A DNA stretch of 64,000 nucleotides from Felis catus (taxonomy: Eukaryota), in assembly GCF_018350175.1 (NCBI RefSeq), contig NC_058369.1, forward strand, positions 21,578,001 to 21,642,000. Reading direction: 5' to 3'. The notes beneath the pieces were generated by a model. The model had not been told where the DNA came from and made no database searches. It saw only the letters and a list, made by a program, of their open reading frames with translations. Position numbers and translations under genes: made by a program. Below are positions 36,039-47,832 of this stretch, piece by piece. Position 1 is the first letter of the stretch. Each line of letters starts with the position of its first letter.

Positions 36039-38976
36039 AAGAAAATCTTTGAACTTAGTGGACTATGCCCCATACATCACTACCACAGGCCTTAGGCAGT
36101 TCCCAACTTTGTATCACAAAGACATCCTTGCAATAAAAAACAGGCCATTGTGAAGAATCGACAAGAATTCACTTACAACTTCTAACTCCTCTCCTTCAGA
36201 AGCAGAAACAAGAAAATGTACAGCAATATATTAAAAGGCATTTGGGAAGAGTAAGCAAATTGCTGAAGTACTCGCTTCAGTGAAAAAACAAAACAAAACA
36301 AAAACTTCCTAGATGGCTAATACAAAAAGGTATCCTAATCATGTTGAAATAAAAAAAATAATCACACTTGACATAATTTTTAGTTACCTTTTGTTTTTGC
36401 TTTCATCACTAAAGTTTTAATGACTGGATAAGCCAGGCGAATATCCTACATATATAAATCAAGTTAATTGCTGTCATTTAAAAGGTTGTTAAAGCTTTAT
36501 GCCCACATTCTTTAATTCACTGAACTTTAAAAAATCAATTTTCATTCAATTTTCTCAGCAAATTGTAGGCTTTAAGGAACTGATTCATCTACTAACACCT
36601 TAAACACTTACTTGTTGAGAAAGTTCATGATCCATCCTCCAAGCCTACTATCTAGAAATACCTCAGTATTCCAAAAATGGGAAGTAACACACTGATACTG
36701 GGCCTGTGACCACAAGGATGCCCAACAACCACAGATCCAAATCTGCAAAGCCCTGCTTCAGCTGAAAAGTGGCCTTCCGACTAAGAAGTTTCCTGGGTCA
36801 GAATTTTTTGTTATTCTAGGCAGTAACAACCATTAAGAATTTTTATAAAAGCATTTAGGGTCATAGCAAAAATGACCATAACTCCAGATTTACACACCTG
36901 TTGTCCTTTAGCTTAGTATCACCCTCACCCTCAAAAGGGTCCTGTTATGAAGCAAAACGCACTAGTGATGCCAGAAGTCAGAACTGTGGTGTCCCCTTAG
37001 GGAGAGGGTACATTCCTCTCTTACTCATGAGAGGAATGTAAACGGAGCCCATTGGGAGGCTGAAAATTCTGTGACTCTTGATCTGAGTGTGGTTATCAGG
37101 GCATATGCATATGCATTTAAGGTCTTACTGTAAATCAGACCTCAATTTAAACAAATTAAATAGAATTTTTAGAACACACTGAATAAATTTGTAAATGTCT
37201 GTGTTCAAATAAGTGATATAAAATAATCCTAGGTGTAGCAACTAAGATGTTTTTTCCAAATGTATTTTGATAAAGATGTATGTATATTTATTGTGAGCAC
37301 TTTTATGTAAAACCTGTCAAAACACAGACCATGATTTTTTTAATCTCTCATTTTAAAAAGTTGCCAAATTTGAGATCTGAAAGCATGCAGAAAGATGACC
37401 TATTCATCCTCTGATTTTGCGAATAAGGAAAACCAAATCTTGAGGGTAAGAACCATACCGAGATAAGGCAGCTAGTCAATGACAACAGTAGTAACAGAAC
37501 TGTTTCCTGATCTTGAGCCACTCCCGTTTCCACCAGGCCGTTACTTTTGTGACACTGTAAACAAATACGAACTCTGGATCTACCTGTGGCCTAGAAGGAT
37601 TCAACATAGCCTTCAAAATAGCAGACCGACGGGCCCCAAAGTGTATACACAAAGACACGCTCATCTTCCTCCTCTCAAGACAGTTGGCAAAGGATTGATC
37701 ATATTTTCAGGCAAGCATTTTTCTTGTGATGCAATCAAGTGTGACATCTTTAAAACGTGGTTCAAGAGGAAAAGGTATATGCAGGGATTGGCAAAATCCA
37801 TCCTATTTCCTTTCAAATCTCTTTGGTGGTTACTTGGTTCAGAATACTGTGTCACTAGGTAGGACTCATGAAAACATCACTTGGGGCCGTTCAGGAGCAC
37901 GGCTTGGAGTGACCCACTGGGAAAAACCCTCACTGAACAAAAATCTTGTCTCTGCCTTGGGTGTCCTACCCAGCTCCCTGCACATACCAACACTTGCAGG
38001 TGACCTGTGCCTTACAGCTTAGTTTTAGAGCCCAGTGAAGAGCTGACATCTTGCTAAAAACTTAACATACATCCTTTCCGCGGGAATTTATTTCTGTTCT
38101 CACAAGGCGTTTCTGCTCCCCACAGAGCAGGCCTTGCTTCTCAGGACTCTCTGCTCGCCTCTCCACAGCCTCTTCTTCACGGTTTAAAACGAGACTTTAA
38201 GAACAGAAATCGAAACGGTCACGGCCCTCCCGAGCGAGCGGGTCCGGCTGGGGTCGGGCGGCGGGTGCCCGGCGAGCCCACTGCCAGCTCGCGCGCGGCG
38301 CCAGGGAGGCCCGACGCACTCCACCACGCCGGCCCGAAGCAACCGGTTGCGGGGGCCGCCGGACGCTCCGCAACAGCGCAGCGGCCACCTCGGCCCTCGG
38401 AAGTTCGGACCGCCGCGAGGGCAGCACGTCCCCGGCCTCAGCTGCGGGTTCGCGCCCCGGCCCCGGAGCGAGCCCGGGGGGCGGGTCCGCGGGGGCTCGG
38501 CGGGCGGGAGCGCGGGACGCGCGGGGAGGGGCGCGCGGCGGGCCCAGAGCGCCGGGGAACTTGGGCGCCCGCCGGTGCCGCCGCCCGGCCACTTTCCTTT
38601 CACGCCCCCGGGGCTGCCGCGCGCCGCGCCGCCCTCCCGGGGTCGCCGGCCGCCGCGGCCGCTCGCCGCCGCGGCAAGGCGCCCAGGCGCGCTCCTGCAA
38701 CCCGGCCGGCCGGCGCGCGGGGCCGCGGGGGCGCGCGAGGCCGCGCGCGGGCGCCGCGCTGCCCCCCCCCCGCCCCGCCCCCGCCCCCAACGTGCCGCCG
38801 CCGCCCGTTGGCGCCTCAGCCGGCGCGCCCGCCGCCCGCCGGCTGAGGCGGTTTTTCGTTGGCAAAGTTGCGCGGCCCCCTCGAGGGGGGCGCCGCGCGG
38901 TCCCCCGCCCCAGCGCCGCCGCCGCCCCTTCAGGCCGCCGCGCGGGAAGGCCCAGCTGGCGGCCCCGCTTTTTTAC

Positions 38977-39245
38977 CTGCCGGGAGTTTTCGCGCGCGCC
39001 CTCGCTCGATCGCTGGCTTTTCCCTCCTCTCGCGCCCGTTTTCTTTCTTTCTTTCCTTCTTTTCGCTTCCCCGCGCGGGCGCTTTTTCCGCTCGCGCCGC
39101 CCGCGCTCGCCCGCTCGCGCCCTCCTTCCTGCTGGGCTCGGCGGAGCGGGGCGGCCGGCAGCTCTCCCCGCCCCCCTCCACCCGCGCTCCGGCGGAGGCG
39201 GCGGCGGCGGCGGCGCTCCGCGCTCCGACTCATTCCAATATGGCA
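38977..39245 (-). other. Candidate non-coding first exon of a leftward-transcribed gene (identity uncertain, STRBP-like architecture)
   Basis: Minus-strand donor CAG|GTAAAA (exon ends at 38977); (GCC)6 and purine-rich leader typical of 5' UTR exons; GCCATATT at 39237-39244 and an NRF1 site just upstream. The 5' end is a guess. Confidence 0.6.
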
Positions 39246-39255
39246 CGGGTGCAGG

Positions 39256-39265
39256 GCGCATGCGC
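39256..39265. promoter_or_regulatory. NRF1 binding motif
   Basis: Perfect palindrome GCGCATGCGC in the CpG island. Confidence 0.7.
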
Positions 39266-39643
39266 CCGCGCCCCCCCCCCCCATTCCGCGCTCCTCCCGG
39301 CAGCCCGCGCCCCTCGCGCCGTGCGCGTGGCGCCCCCGGGCCGGGCCTCCCCGAGCCGGCCCGCAAGTCTTCCAACCCGGCTGGGGCCGCGCGGGATGCG
39401 AGGCGTTAGGGGAGTGAGGGGCCGGGGTCGGGCGCCGCCGGCTACCCCCGACTCTCGTGCCCCGAGCCACAACTTGCCACGGACATCCCCGAGGCCGTGG
39501 CGTGGGGCACGCGGCGGAGACTCCGGCCCCCGACGGCGCGGCGACCCCGTGCGGTCGGGCCCCGAAAGGGAGACGCGCCCCAGGGACCAAGCACCCACCC
39601 TATCCCTTCTCCGACCCATGAGGGAAGGGCCCTCGAGTCTCAC

Positions 39644-39760
39644 CTCCGGCTGTGCAGGGAGCCCAGTGGTGTCCGCGGGTCGGTCCTGGCGCCCGGGCCG
39701 GACGAAGCGCGCCGCTGTCGTCCGCACGTGACCGCCTCCGGCAAGATGGCATTAGCGGAG
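39644..39760 (-). other. Candidate alternative upstream first exon
   Basis: Strong minus-strand donor GAG|GTGAGA (exon ends at 39644) inside the CpG island, downstream of the E-box/YY1 motifs; 5' end unknown. Confidence 0.4.
39724..39750. promoter_or_regulatory. USF/TFE-type E-box plus YY1 motif
   Basis: GCACGTGAC at 39724-39732 (GTCACGTG on minus) and CAAGATGGC at 39742-39750. Confidence 0.6.
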
Positions 39761-40849
39761 GAACGGACGGAGCCGCCACCGATCCCAGATGTGCGCGCGT
39801 GTAGCAGCGGGAGAGGGCTGCGTCCAGGCGCCTGGCCCACGTCGGGAATCTGGTGCGTCCTTCCGAGACCTGGAAGGGCACCCAAGTGCCCCTTGTCTAC
39901 GAAGTCGGCCCCGGGCCCCCAGGCGCACTGGGTTTCTCCAGGCTTCCGCAGGAGGCGCCCTGTAAATCCGAGTTTTCCAGCCGCTCGGGGCCCCAGCGAG
40001 GGGGCACAAGACGGCTGCCGAATTCGGGCAGGAGAGCTGGGGGCCCGGGGTTGGAACAGAAGCTTAAAGGTGGCTGCAAGCCGGCCCCGCAACCCGAGGT
40101 GCCCACAGGCTGTTATGTTCTCCGAGCTCGCCCCTTCCCCAGTGAGCGTAGATGCCCGTGGGACAACCATACCCCTCCCCTTCTGCTATGGAAAGTTCCC
40201 TCCGGAAGGAGTCCACATGCCGCAGAGACCCAGGAGTGTCCGGACTCCCGGGCCCAGGGAGAAGGTCTCGGACAGGGCGCTGATGTCTTCTACCTTTCAG
40301 GAAGGAGGAGGCGCCCCCACTGCAAGAACGAGGTTTGAGGTGCCAAATGCGGGCTCAGGCCACTTCCCGCTGACCTCACTACCGTGCTGGGAAATATTAC
40401 CCCACTTTACAAACTTGCCCAAAGTCCCGCTGCTGGCTGGATTTGAATCCAGATTTTTTTAAACCACCACTTGAAAGACAACTGACAACCAGAGAAAGAA
40501 AAATGTACAAATAAAGTATCCATAATACTAGGGAAAGCATAAAACCTTCCATCTATATACATGTCTTTACATAGTTGCAAGCAACCACACATTTTCTTTT
40601 GTGTGTGTTACTGCCACTTAACATTTTCTTTTGTTCTTGGTTCATTCTTAAAGTGTGCAGGTATCCTCATCCATTCACTCAGTCTCCTAATATGGTATAT
40701 TTGGATTCTTTACCATTGTTTGCTAATATGTCCTTTCATTCTGCACTTGGGACAAATTCCTGGCAGTTGAGTAAGCAGGTACGAGGCAGAGGGGTTTTGG
40801 TCCACAGTGCCCCAGAACTTTTGCAAAGAGTTGCAGGGCTCATGCTACT

Positions 40850-41960
40850 ACTGCCTCCCAGGAACGAGTGGTAAGAGGCGTAATACACATCTCTAAGCAG
40901 TAGGTACCACCCTTTTTTCTCCTGCTTTACTAGTGTCTGTCAGTAGTTCAAGGTTACTTTAGCCTTTCTTAGATGACTTTAAAAATGTTATTTTTTTCAT
41001 CATTTACTATTCATTCTCCTTTCTGTGAATGATTGTTCATATCCATTCATCAGCTGGCAGACTTGAGCCTCTTCTAACTTTGAATAAGCATTTTTTATAT
41101 TATCAATATTATTCCTGTATCATCAATGATGCAAGTATTTCTCAGTCTGGTTTTTTTTTTTTGTCTTATTTTAATGTTCAATCTGTCATTCTTGTCCTTT
41201 TTTATTTTATTGCTTGAATGCTAACAAATCGAGCTTTCTTCCATCCATCTGATGGTCCATTTTCTGCTAGTTTTCTAAAATCTCATTTTATATTTAATTC
41301 TTTGACAACTATCCATCCCAAGTTTATTTTGCTGTGTGAAGTAAAATATGGACTCAACTCCCCACCAGCATCACCAGGTTTTATTGCTTATGCAGTCAGC
41401 ACTTATTAAATAATTTCCCCCTGCCCTTTGTTTAGTAAAATCTGATTGGGTCAATCTGTTTCTGAATTCTTCATTTCTTTTCACAGACCTCACTTTGAGC
41501 AGATACCATACGGATCTAACTATTGGTTCTTTAGAATAGGTTCTAACATCTAACAGGGCTGGGCTATATTGCCCTTCATAGAATTTTCTGTTATGCAGAA
41601 TATCACTTGGTAACCATGCTGGTGTCTGTGTCCATATACATTCTAGTTAACATATAGGGATTAAGAATGCTGGTTTTGAAGACGGTACCATCCAGATCCA
41701 ACAGTTGCAGCCCCATGACCTTGACAAATTACATATCCCATCTAGGCCTAGGGGATATATAAAATGGGGATAAAAGTAATCCCTGCTTCACAAGCTCAAT
41801 GCCAGGCACATAGTAAATGCTCAGTAAATGTCAGCTGTTGTTACTGATATTTTTAGTCCTAAAAAACCTGAGGTTTTTGCATGGAGTTGCATTAAACCTA
41901 TGAATTAATTTAAACAGATTAAATATCCTATAAAATTTCATCTTCCCAACCAGGACATGT
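40850..41960 (-). mobile_element. Degenerate L1M fragments with a MIR remnant (about 41660-41840)
   Basis: T-rich antisense L1-like sequence; MIR/L2-type end ggcacatagtaaatgctcagtaaatg. Confidence 0.55.
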
Positions 41961-42389
41961 GCTATCTTTCAATTTATTTGAAAATTTTAAAACTCAGAAA
42001 CGAGGTTCTTTGTTGACTCCTGCCTCCTCCCACTTCATGACCTCTGAGGAAGAAGAAGAAGAGAGGAGAGCCACAAAGAAGACTTAAAACCTACCACTGG
42101 AGAGTCTCCCTTGTGCCCGGCTGGTGTGGGTATGGGTGTGGGTGCACATGCACAAAATCTCCTTTAACCCTTCACCATCCCTCAGGGTAGATCGTGGTGT
42201 TCCCTGTGGACAAAGAGCAAACCGGGAACTTCCAGGTCACTCTTAGTGAGAGGCAGAGCTAGGCCACTAACCAGGTACACCAGCTCTTCAACCGCTCTGC
42301 TGCTTGGAATTTCAGGTGGGAATCATGCACAGAAGGGGCAGCCCCCAGCAGAGCTGGGAGAAAACTAACTTCTGGTCATGGCACACCCT

Positions 42390-42880
42390 GGCCTAAAAGC
42401 CTCCCAGGGATTTCCATTGCACTTTGAATAAGTCCAAAAGACTGACTTTGGCCTATGAGCCTGGCCCTCCAACCTTACCAGTCGCCACTCATCTGCCTTG
42501 CTTGCTGAGGTTCAGCTGTGCTCATCTCCTTTCCATCCCATAAGTATGCCAAGCTCCTTCCCACCACAGGGCCCTTGCACACACTGTTTCCAATGTCTGG
42601 TACACTCTTTTCTCCTCCTGCACCCACCTTCACATAGCTGGTACCCTCCCATTGTTCCAGTATCTGTTTAACAAGGTGGTCTCCTGAGAGAAGACTTCCC
42701 TACCTATCCCACATAAACAGGTTCTCTCTCTCTTCTCACCCTCCCTCCCTCCTAGTTTTTTCTTTACACTTGGTATTTATAATTTACCTCTGTATTTGTC
42801 ATTTGTTTGGCTTCTGTCACCTTGTCTAATCCCATAGACAGATCTCAGTCCCCCTGAGGGCAGAGATGAATCTAGCCCTT
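42390..42880 (+). mobile_element. LINE-2 fragment
   Basis: ccaagctccttcccaccacagggcccttgcaca and tgagggcagaga are L2 3' region motifs. Confidence 0.7.
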
Positions 42881-43529
42881 TCCCTGACAGGCAGTGGGTG
42901 GCTGAGAGGCTTACTCCCACGTCAGCCAGCAGCATCTAAGACCAGAGGTTGGCACACCCATGAGGCACCTTGGCCATTCCTAACACTGTCTCTACTTCAA
43001 ACTGGCTCTGTGGGGTAGAGGTTATTCCTCCCATTCCCACTGGCCAAGGAGTGAGTGCTTGCTCTCTGTGGGTGTGTATCCACCCAGGGCCTTGTTTTGA
43101 ATGAGAACATGAGGGCCGGGCCTGGACCCTGGGAACCAACAGAGCCCTCAACCGGGGCTTGGGGCTGTTTTCAACCCCAGAAAAACTTAATTAAGTTCCA
43201 AAGCCTGCCAGGCCCTCCTGTCAGGAATCAGCAGTCCTCCATTGCTACTGGGCAGCCAGCACCCTTTAATCAGCCCGAGTGAGACAAGTCACATAATGAC
43301 TCCCTGTGGCTAATTACCCAGGTGATCAAGTGATTACCACCACCAAGTAACTGCTCACATCATGCCACTCTCCACGGAGGCCTGGTCCACTTGCTGGGCC
43401 TGCTGCCCTGGGGGCACAGGCTACTGCCATATGTTCCCCCAACACCTGCCCTGATCCGCCTCCATGTTTTAGCTCCTGCAAACGCCCCCACCAGGGTTCC
43501 TCTCTCCTAGCCTGTGTTGGCATGGAAAA

Positions 43530-43740
43530 AACAGTGGGCTTGGAGGCAGACAGCTCGGGGTCAAGTCCAGATTTAGTAGTCACTGCTTCTTTATGGGACT
43601 TTCTTTACGGGAGCTTTCACCTCTCTGGACCTCAGTTTCCTTATCTCTGTAAAATGGGAACAAAGCCACCCGTCTGCCTGGGTCTTGAGAATCCAAGGAC
43701 ATAACGTTTGTAAATGCTCTTTGCAAACCGTAAAGCACAA
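43530..43740. mobile_element. MIR
   Basis: Core cctctctggacctcagtttccttatctctgtaaaatggga. Confidence 0.75.
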
Positions 43741-44149
43741 CAGAATTGTGAGAAATAATTGGCCTAGCCCCAAAGCCACCTCCTCCAGGAGGCCTCTCAA
43801 GATCTCTCCATTTCTTTCTCTGTCTGCCTAAGTCACTTAGCTTGTTGCTCCCCAATTGCCTATCCTGGGAAAGGCACAGGCCTCAGGACTCCATTTTCCA
43901 TCCTTGAGCGCTACAAGCCCAAGGCTATGTTACACTCATTCCCAGGGGGCCCTCTCTGCCTCCACAGCCCTCTTCTCTCAATTGATGGGGGGAAAATAAA
44001 TTAATGAGCACAATGTTCTCAATTTTATATTACTGGGTCCTGCATTTTGTTAAGCCTTTTTGCACCTTCAACTTCTTATCTATTAACGAGAGCTCACAGA
44101 AACCAAAGGGCTGGGGGTGGGGGTGGGGGGGTGGGCATCAAGGACACTC

Positions 44150-45384
44150 AGCAATGCAAAGGCAACAGGGCTGGAGTTTCTCTTTGGGGTGGCAAAATGT
44201 TCTAAAATTCGATACAGTGATGGCTGCACAACTTCATGATACACTAAAAAACGCAAAATTGTACACCTTAAAAGGGCGAATTTTATGGTATGTGACTAGG
44301 ACCTCAATCAAAAAATTGTATGAGAGGAGCACCTGGCTGGCTCAGTTGGTAGAACATCTGACTCTTGATCTCAGGGTCATAAGTTCAAGCCCCACAGTGG
44401 ACAGAAAGCTTACTTTAAAAAAAATTATGAGGGGCACCTGGGAGGCTCAGTCAGTTGAGGATCTGATTTCGGCTCAGGTCATGATCTCGTGGTTCCTGGG
44501 TTCCAGCCCTGCATCGGGCTCTGTGCTGACAGCAAGGAGCATGGAGCCTGCTTCAAATTCTATGTCTCCCTCCCTCACTGCCCCTCTCCCCACTCTCTTT
44601 CTCAAAAATAAATAAACAGTAAAAAGATTTTGATTTTTGAGAAAAGTCTACGAGACAGTCTATAGTGACTGTCACAGGGGACATAAACTGGTAACTCTTG
44701 GGTCAGATGTGACCTATGTGGTACATTGCTTGGGCAGCACAGTGAGGTTGTTCACAATATTCTTTTTTTTTTTTTTTTTTAGGTATACTTTGCATATAAT
44801 AAAATGTACCCATTTTATAGGTGTACAGTTCTCTGAGTGCTGACAGAAGTGACCACCAGCACAATTAAGATACAACTTTCTGAGGGCACCTGGGTGGCTC
44901 AATTGGTTAAATGTCTGACTTCAGCTCAGGTCATGATCTCATGAGTCATGGGTTTGAGCCCCACATCGGGCTCTGTGCTGACAGCTCGGAGCCTGGAGCC
45001 TGCTTCGGATTCTGTGTCTCCCTCTCTCTCTCTGCCCCTCTCCTGCTCACGCTCTGTCTCTCTCCCTCTCAAAAATAAATAAATGTCTAAAAAAAAATTT
45101 TTTTTAAGATACAACATTCTATCACCCCACAAAATTCCTCTCATCCCATTCCAGGGTTTCCCCCACCCACAGGCAACTACTGATCTGATTTCTATCTCTG
45201 TAGATAAGTTTTGTCTGCTTTTTAAAAATTCATCATAGAATAGTACTCTTTTGTGTCTGTTTTTGAGATTCACCCACAGTTGTTGGATGCATCAGAAGAT
45301 GATTTTTTTTTTTAAGTAGGCTCCACACTCACGACCCTGAGATCAAGAGTCAAATGCTCTACCAACTGAGCCAGCAGGCACCCT
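44150..45384. mobile_element. Cluster of L1 3' fragments and Can-SINEs (44326-44423 +, 44431-44625 +, 44884-45105 +, 45303-45384 -)
   Basis: SINEC consensus matches; TSD ttaagatacaac around the 44884 copy; L1 end motifs between them. Confidence 0.85.
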
Positions 45385-45579
45385 GATGATTCCTCTTTTT
45401 TTTTTTTTTTTCATTCTAATGTTCCACCACTCCTTTATTTCTGGTTAAATAATATTATTTCAATCATACAGAATGCCCAAGGAATGGAAGTTCAGCAGCT
45501 GTTTATTCTATTGGTCTTCAAAATATTGTGTCCACATCAGTGACATTTTCAGTACATACTTTCCAGTATGTTTATTTAT

Positions 45580-45783
45580 GTTTTTTAATGTTTATTTTAT
45601 TTTTGAGAGAGAGAACATGAGCAGGGGAGGGGCAGAGAGAGAGAGGGAGACACAGGATCTGAAGCAGGCTCCAGGCTCTGAGCTGTCCGCACAGAGCCCA
45701 ATGCAGGGCTTGAACTCACGAACCTGAGATGGTGATCTGAGTCGAAGTCGGACGCTTGACTGACTGAGCCACCCAGGCGCCCC
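45580..45783 (-). mobile_element. Can-SINE
   Basis: Reverse-complement SINEC. Confidence 0.9.
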
Positions 45784-45989
45784 TTTATCTATGTTTAAAT
45801 CATATTATTTTATGCATGTATACTATTCTGGTAAAACATCACATCTATTATAAAACATATGCAAATATATATTTTCAGAGGGAGTTGAGAAAATATCAAA
45901 TATTATGTTAAATGATTGTATAATAATGATATTAAAGAAAATCATATTAATGATATCATTAAAGAAAGGAATGGGATTGAAAATGCTTT

Positions 45990-46491
45990 TTTACATTGCT
46001 GAAGTATATGAAGACATACAATAAATTACACATATTTAATTACACAACATGATTAGTTTTGACATGCAACCATTCCTATGAAACCATCAGTACAATACAG
46101 AAAACAAATATTTTCATCATCCCCAGAAGTGTCTTCACATCCCTTTGCAATCTATCCCTCCCTCCGTCACCATCTCAGGCAGTCACTCATCTGCTTTTTT
46201 AAACTACAGATTCGTTTTGGGGCACCTGGGTAGCTCAGTTGATTAAGCCTCCAACTTCGACTCAGGTCATGATTTCCCAGTTTGGTGGGGTCAAGCCCTG
46301 CCTCAGGCTCTGTGCTGACAGCTTAGAGCCTGGAGCCTGCTTTGGATTTTGTGTCTCCCTCACTCTCTGCCCTTCCCGGGCTCACACTCTGTCTGTCTGT
46401 CTCTCTCTCTCAAAAATAAATAAACATTAAAAAAAATTTTAACGTTTGCATTTTTTAGAATCCTATATAAATGGAATTATATAATAGGTTC

Positions 46492-46526
<35 letters not shown>

Positions 46527-46720
46527 GTGTCTGAGAGAAGATAGGTACTATCTTCTCTCGTATAGCATGATATTGAGATCCTTTTATGCTATTGCACTTA
46601 ATAGTTGCTGATTCTTTTTTCTTGCTGAGTAGTATTCCTTGTATGGATATACCACCAATTTGCTTATCCATTCCTTTGTTGATGGGCATTTGGGTTCTTT
46701 CCAGTGTAGGGTTGTTATGA
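45990..46720 (-). mobile_element. Antisense L1M 3' fragment containing a Can-SINE (46218-46440 +) and (TG)n
   Basis: gctgagtagtattcc, tatccattc and gatgggcatttgggttctttcc are L1 antisense motifs. Confidence 0.8.
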
Positions 46721-47010
46721 ACATATAATTATTAATTAGTAATATAACATATTTATGAAAATATATATAATAAAATGTAATGTGAAATAGTAAGTGAATC
46801 TGTATATGCAATGTGAAATATATAATATGTAAATGAAAATATAATGTAATTTTATAATAATGTATATACTATAATTGTATTATGTAATAATATAACATGT
46901 ATTAAATATATTCTATATATATAAATGCCTTATTTACAGTCATACATATCAAGTATATACACACACACTTATATATGGAAATATATAAACACACACTTTT
47001 ATTTAACTTG
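46720..47010. repeat. AT-rich low-complexity region, degenerate (TA)n
   Basis: Seen directly. Confidence 0.85.
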
Positions 47011-47581
47011 TATGTCCTTAATGGGCCATTTCGTCCCCATGCCTTGTGGTCCTCTACCCATTTGCTGTGGATAGCACATTGAAAAGAAACAGTCACCCAG
47101 GCTTCACCCCAGAAAGGCAAATCCTAAAACCTAAGGGTCAGGTTGGGGCTGAGGGGCTGGCATTTGAAGCCAGGACACCAAGTCTCCCTGTGCCGGCCAA
47201 GGATTCCTATCTCTGGCTGCTTGCAGCCCAAGAGCCAGGAAGGAGTAGGGAGCAGAGCCAGCTTAGCCACAGAACATTCTCCAGATCTGTCATGGCCCTC
47301 TTGGAGGGTCAAAAGTAGGACGTTTGTGAAGATAACTTGCTATTGGGCCCTTGGAAAGGAGTCGGCAGCTCAAGCCCACCAGGAGAAGAGAAGGTAAAGG
47401 GAGATGTGACCACAGACCCTCCTATTCTCTACCGGAGCCACTTGCTGGGCTTGCGCAAACACAGCCTGAATCCCTCTGATGCCCAGGTCCTCTCTCCATA
47501 CCCTGCCTGCTTGAACTGGAGACCACAGTCTCCACCTGTCCTAGCCCTGTGTCTCACCCCCCACCCTTTCCTATGCTGCCA

Positions 47582-47832
47582 TTTTTCCTTTTTTTATTTT
47601 ATTTTATTTTTTATTATTTTTTTTACATTTATTTATTTTTGAGAAACAGAGTGAGACAAAGCGTGAGCGGGGGAGGGGCAGAGAGAGAAGGAGACACAGA
47701 ATCTGAAGCAGACTCCAGGCTCTGAGCAAGCGGTCAGCACAGAGCCCCATGTGGGGCTCGAACCCACAAACTGTGAGATCATGACCTGAGCTGAAGTCGG
47801 ACGCTCAATCGACTGAGCCACCCAGGCGCCCC
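47582..47832 (-). mobile_element. Can-SINE
   Basis: Reverse-complement SINEC. Confidence 0.95.

Larger units (their letters stand above)
38200..40400. promoter_or_regulatory. CpG island promoter, probably bidirectional
   Basis: About 2.2 kb of very high GC with dense CpG against CpG-depleted flanks; many GC boxes, plus NRF1, E-box and YY1 motifs. Confidence 0.95.

Noticed and set aside
37583..37750. Possible extra minus-strand exon ending CAG|GTAGAT
   Set aside because: Weak donor, no convincing acceptor and no other support
39235..39243. Possible CArG (SRF) box CCAATATGG
   Set aside because: Only five A/T between CC and GG; the consensus needs six
38184..39731. Long overlapping ORFs of up to 392 aa on both strands
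   Set aside because: Stop-codon scarcity in extreme GC; Arg/Pro/Gly/Ala low complexity, mostly non-ATG starts, no recognisable domain
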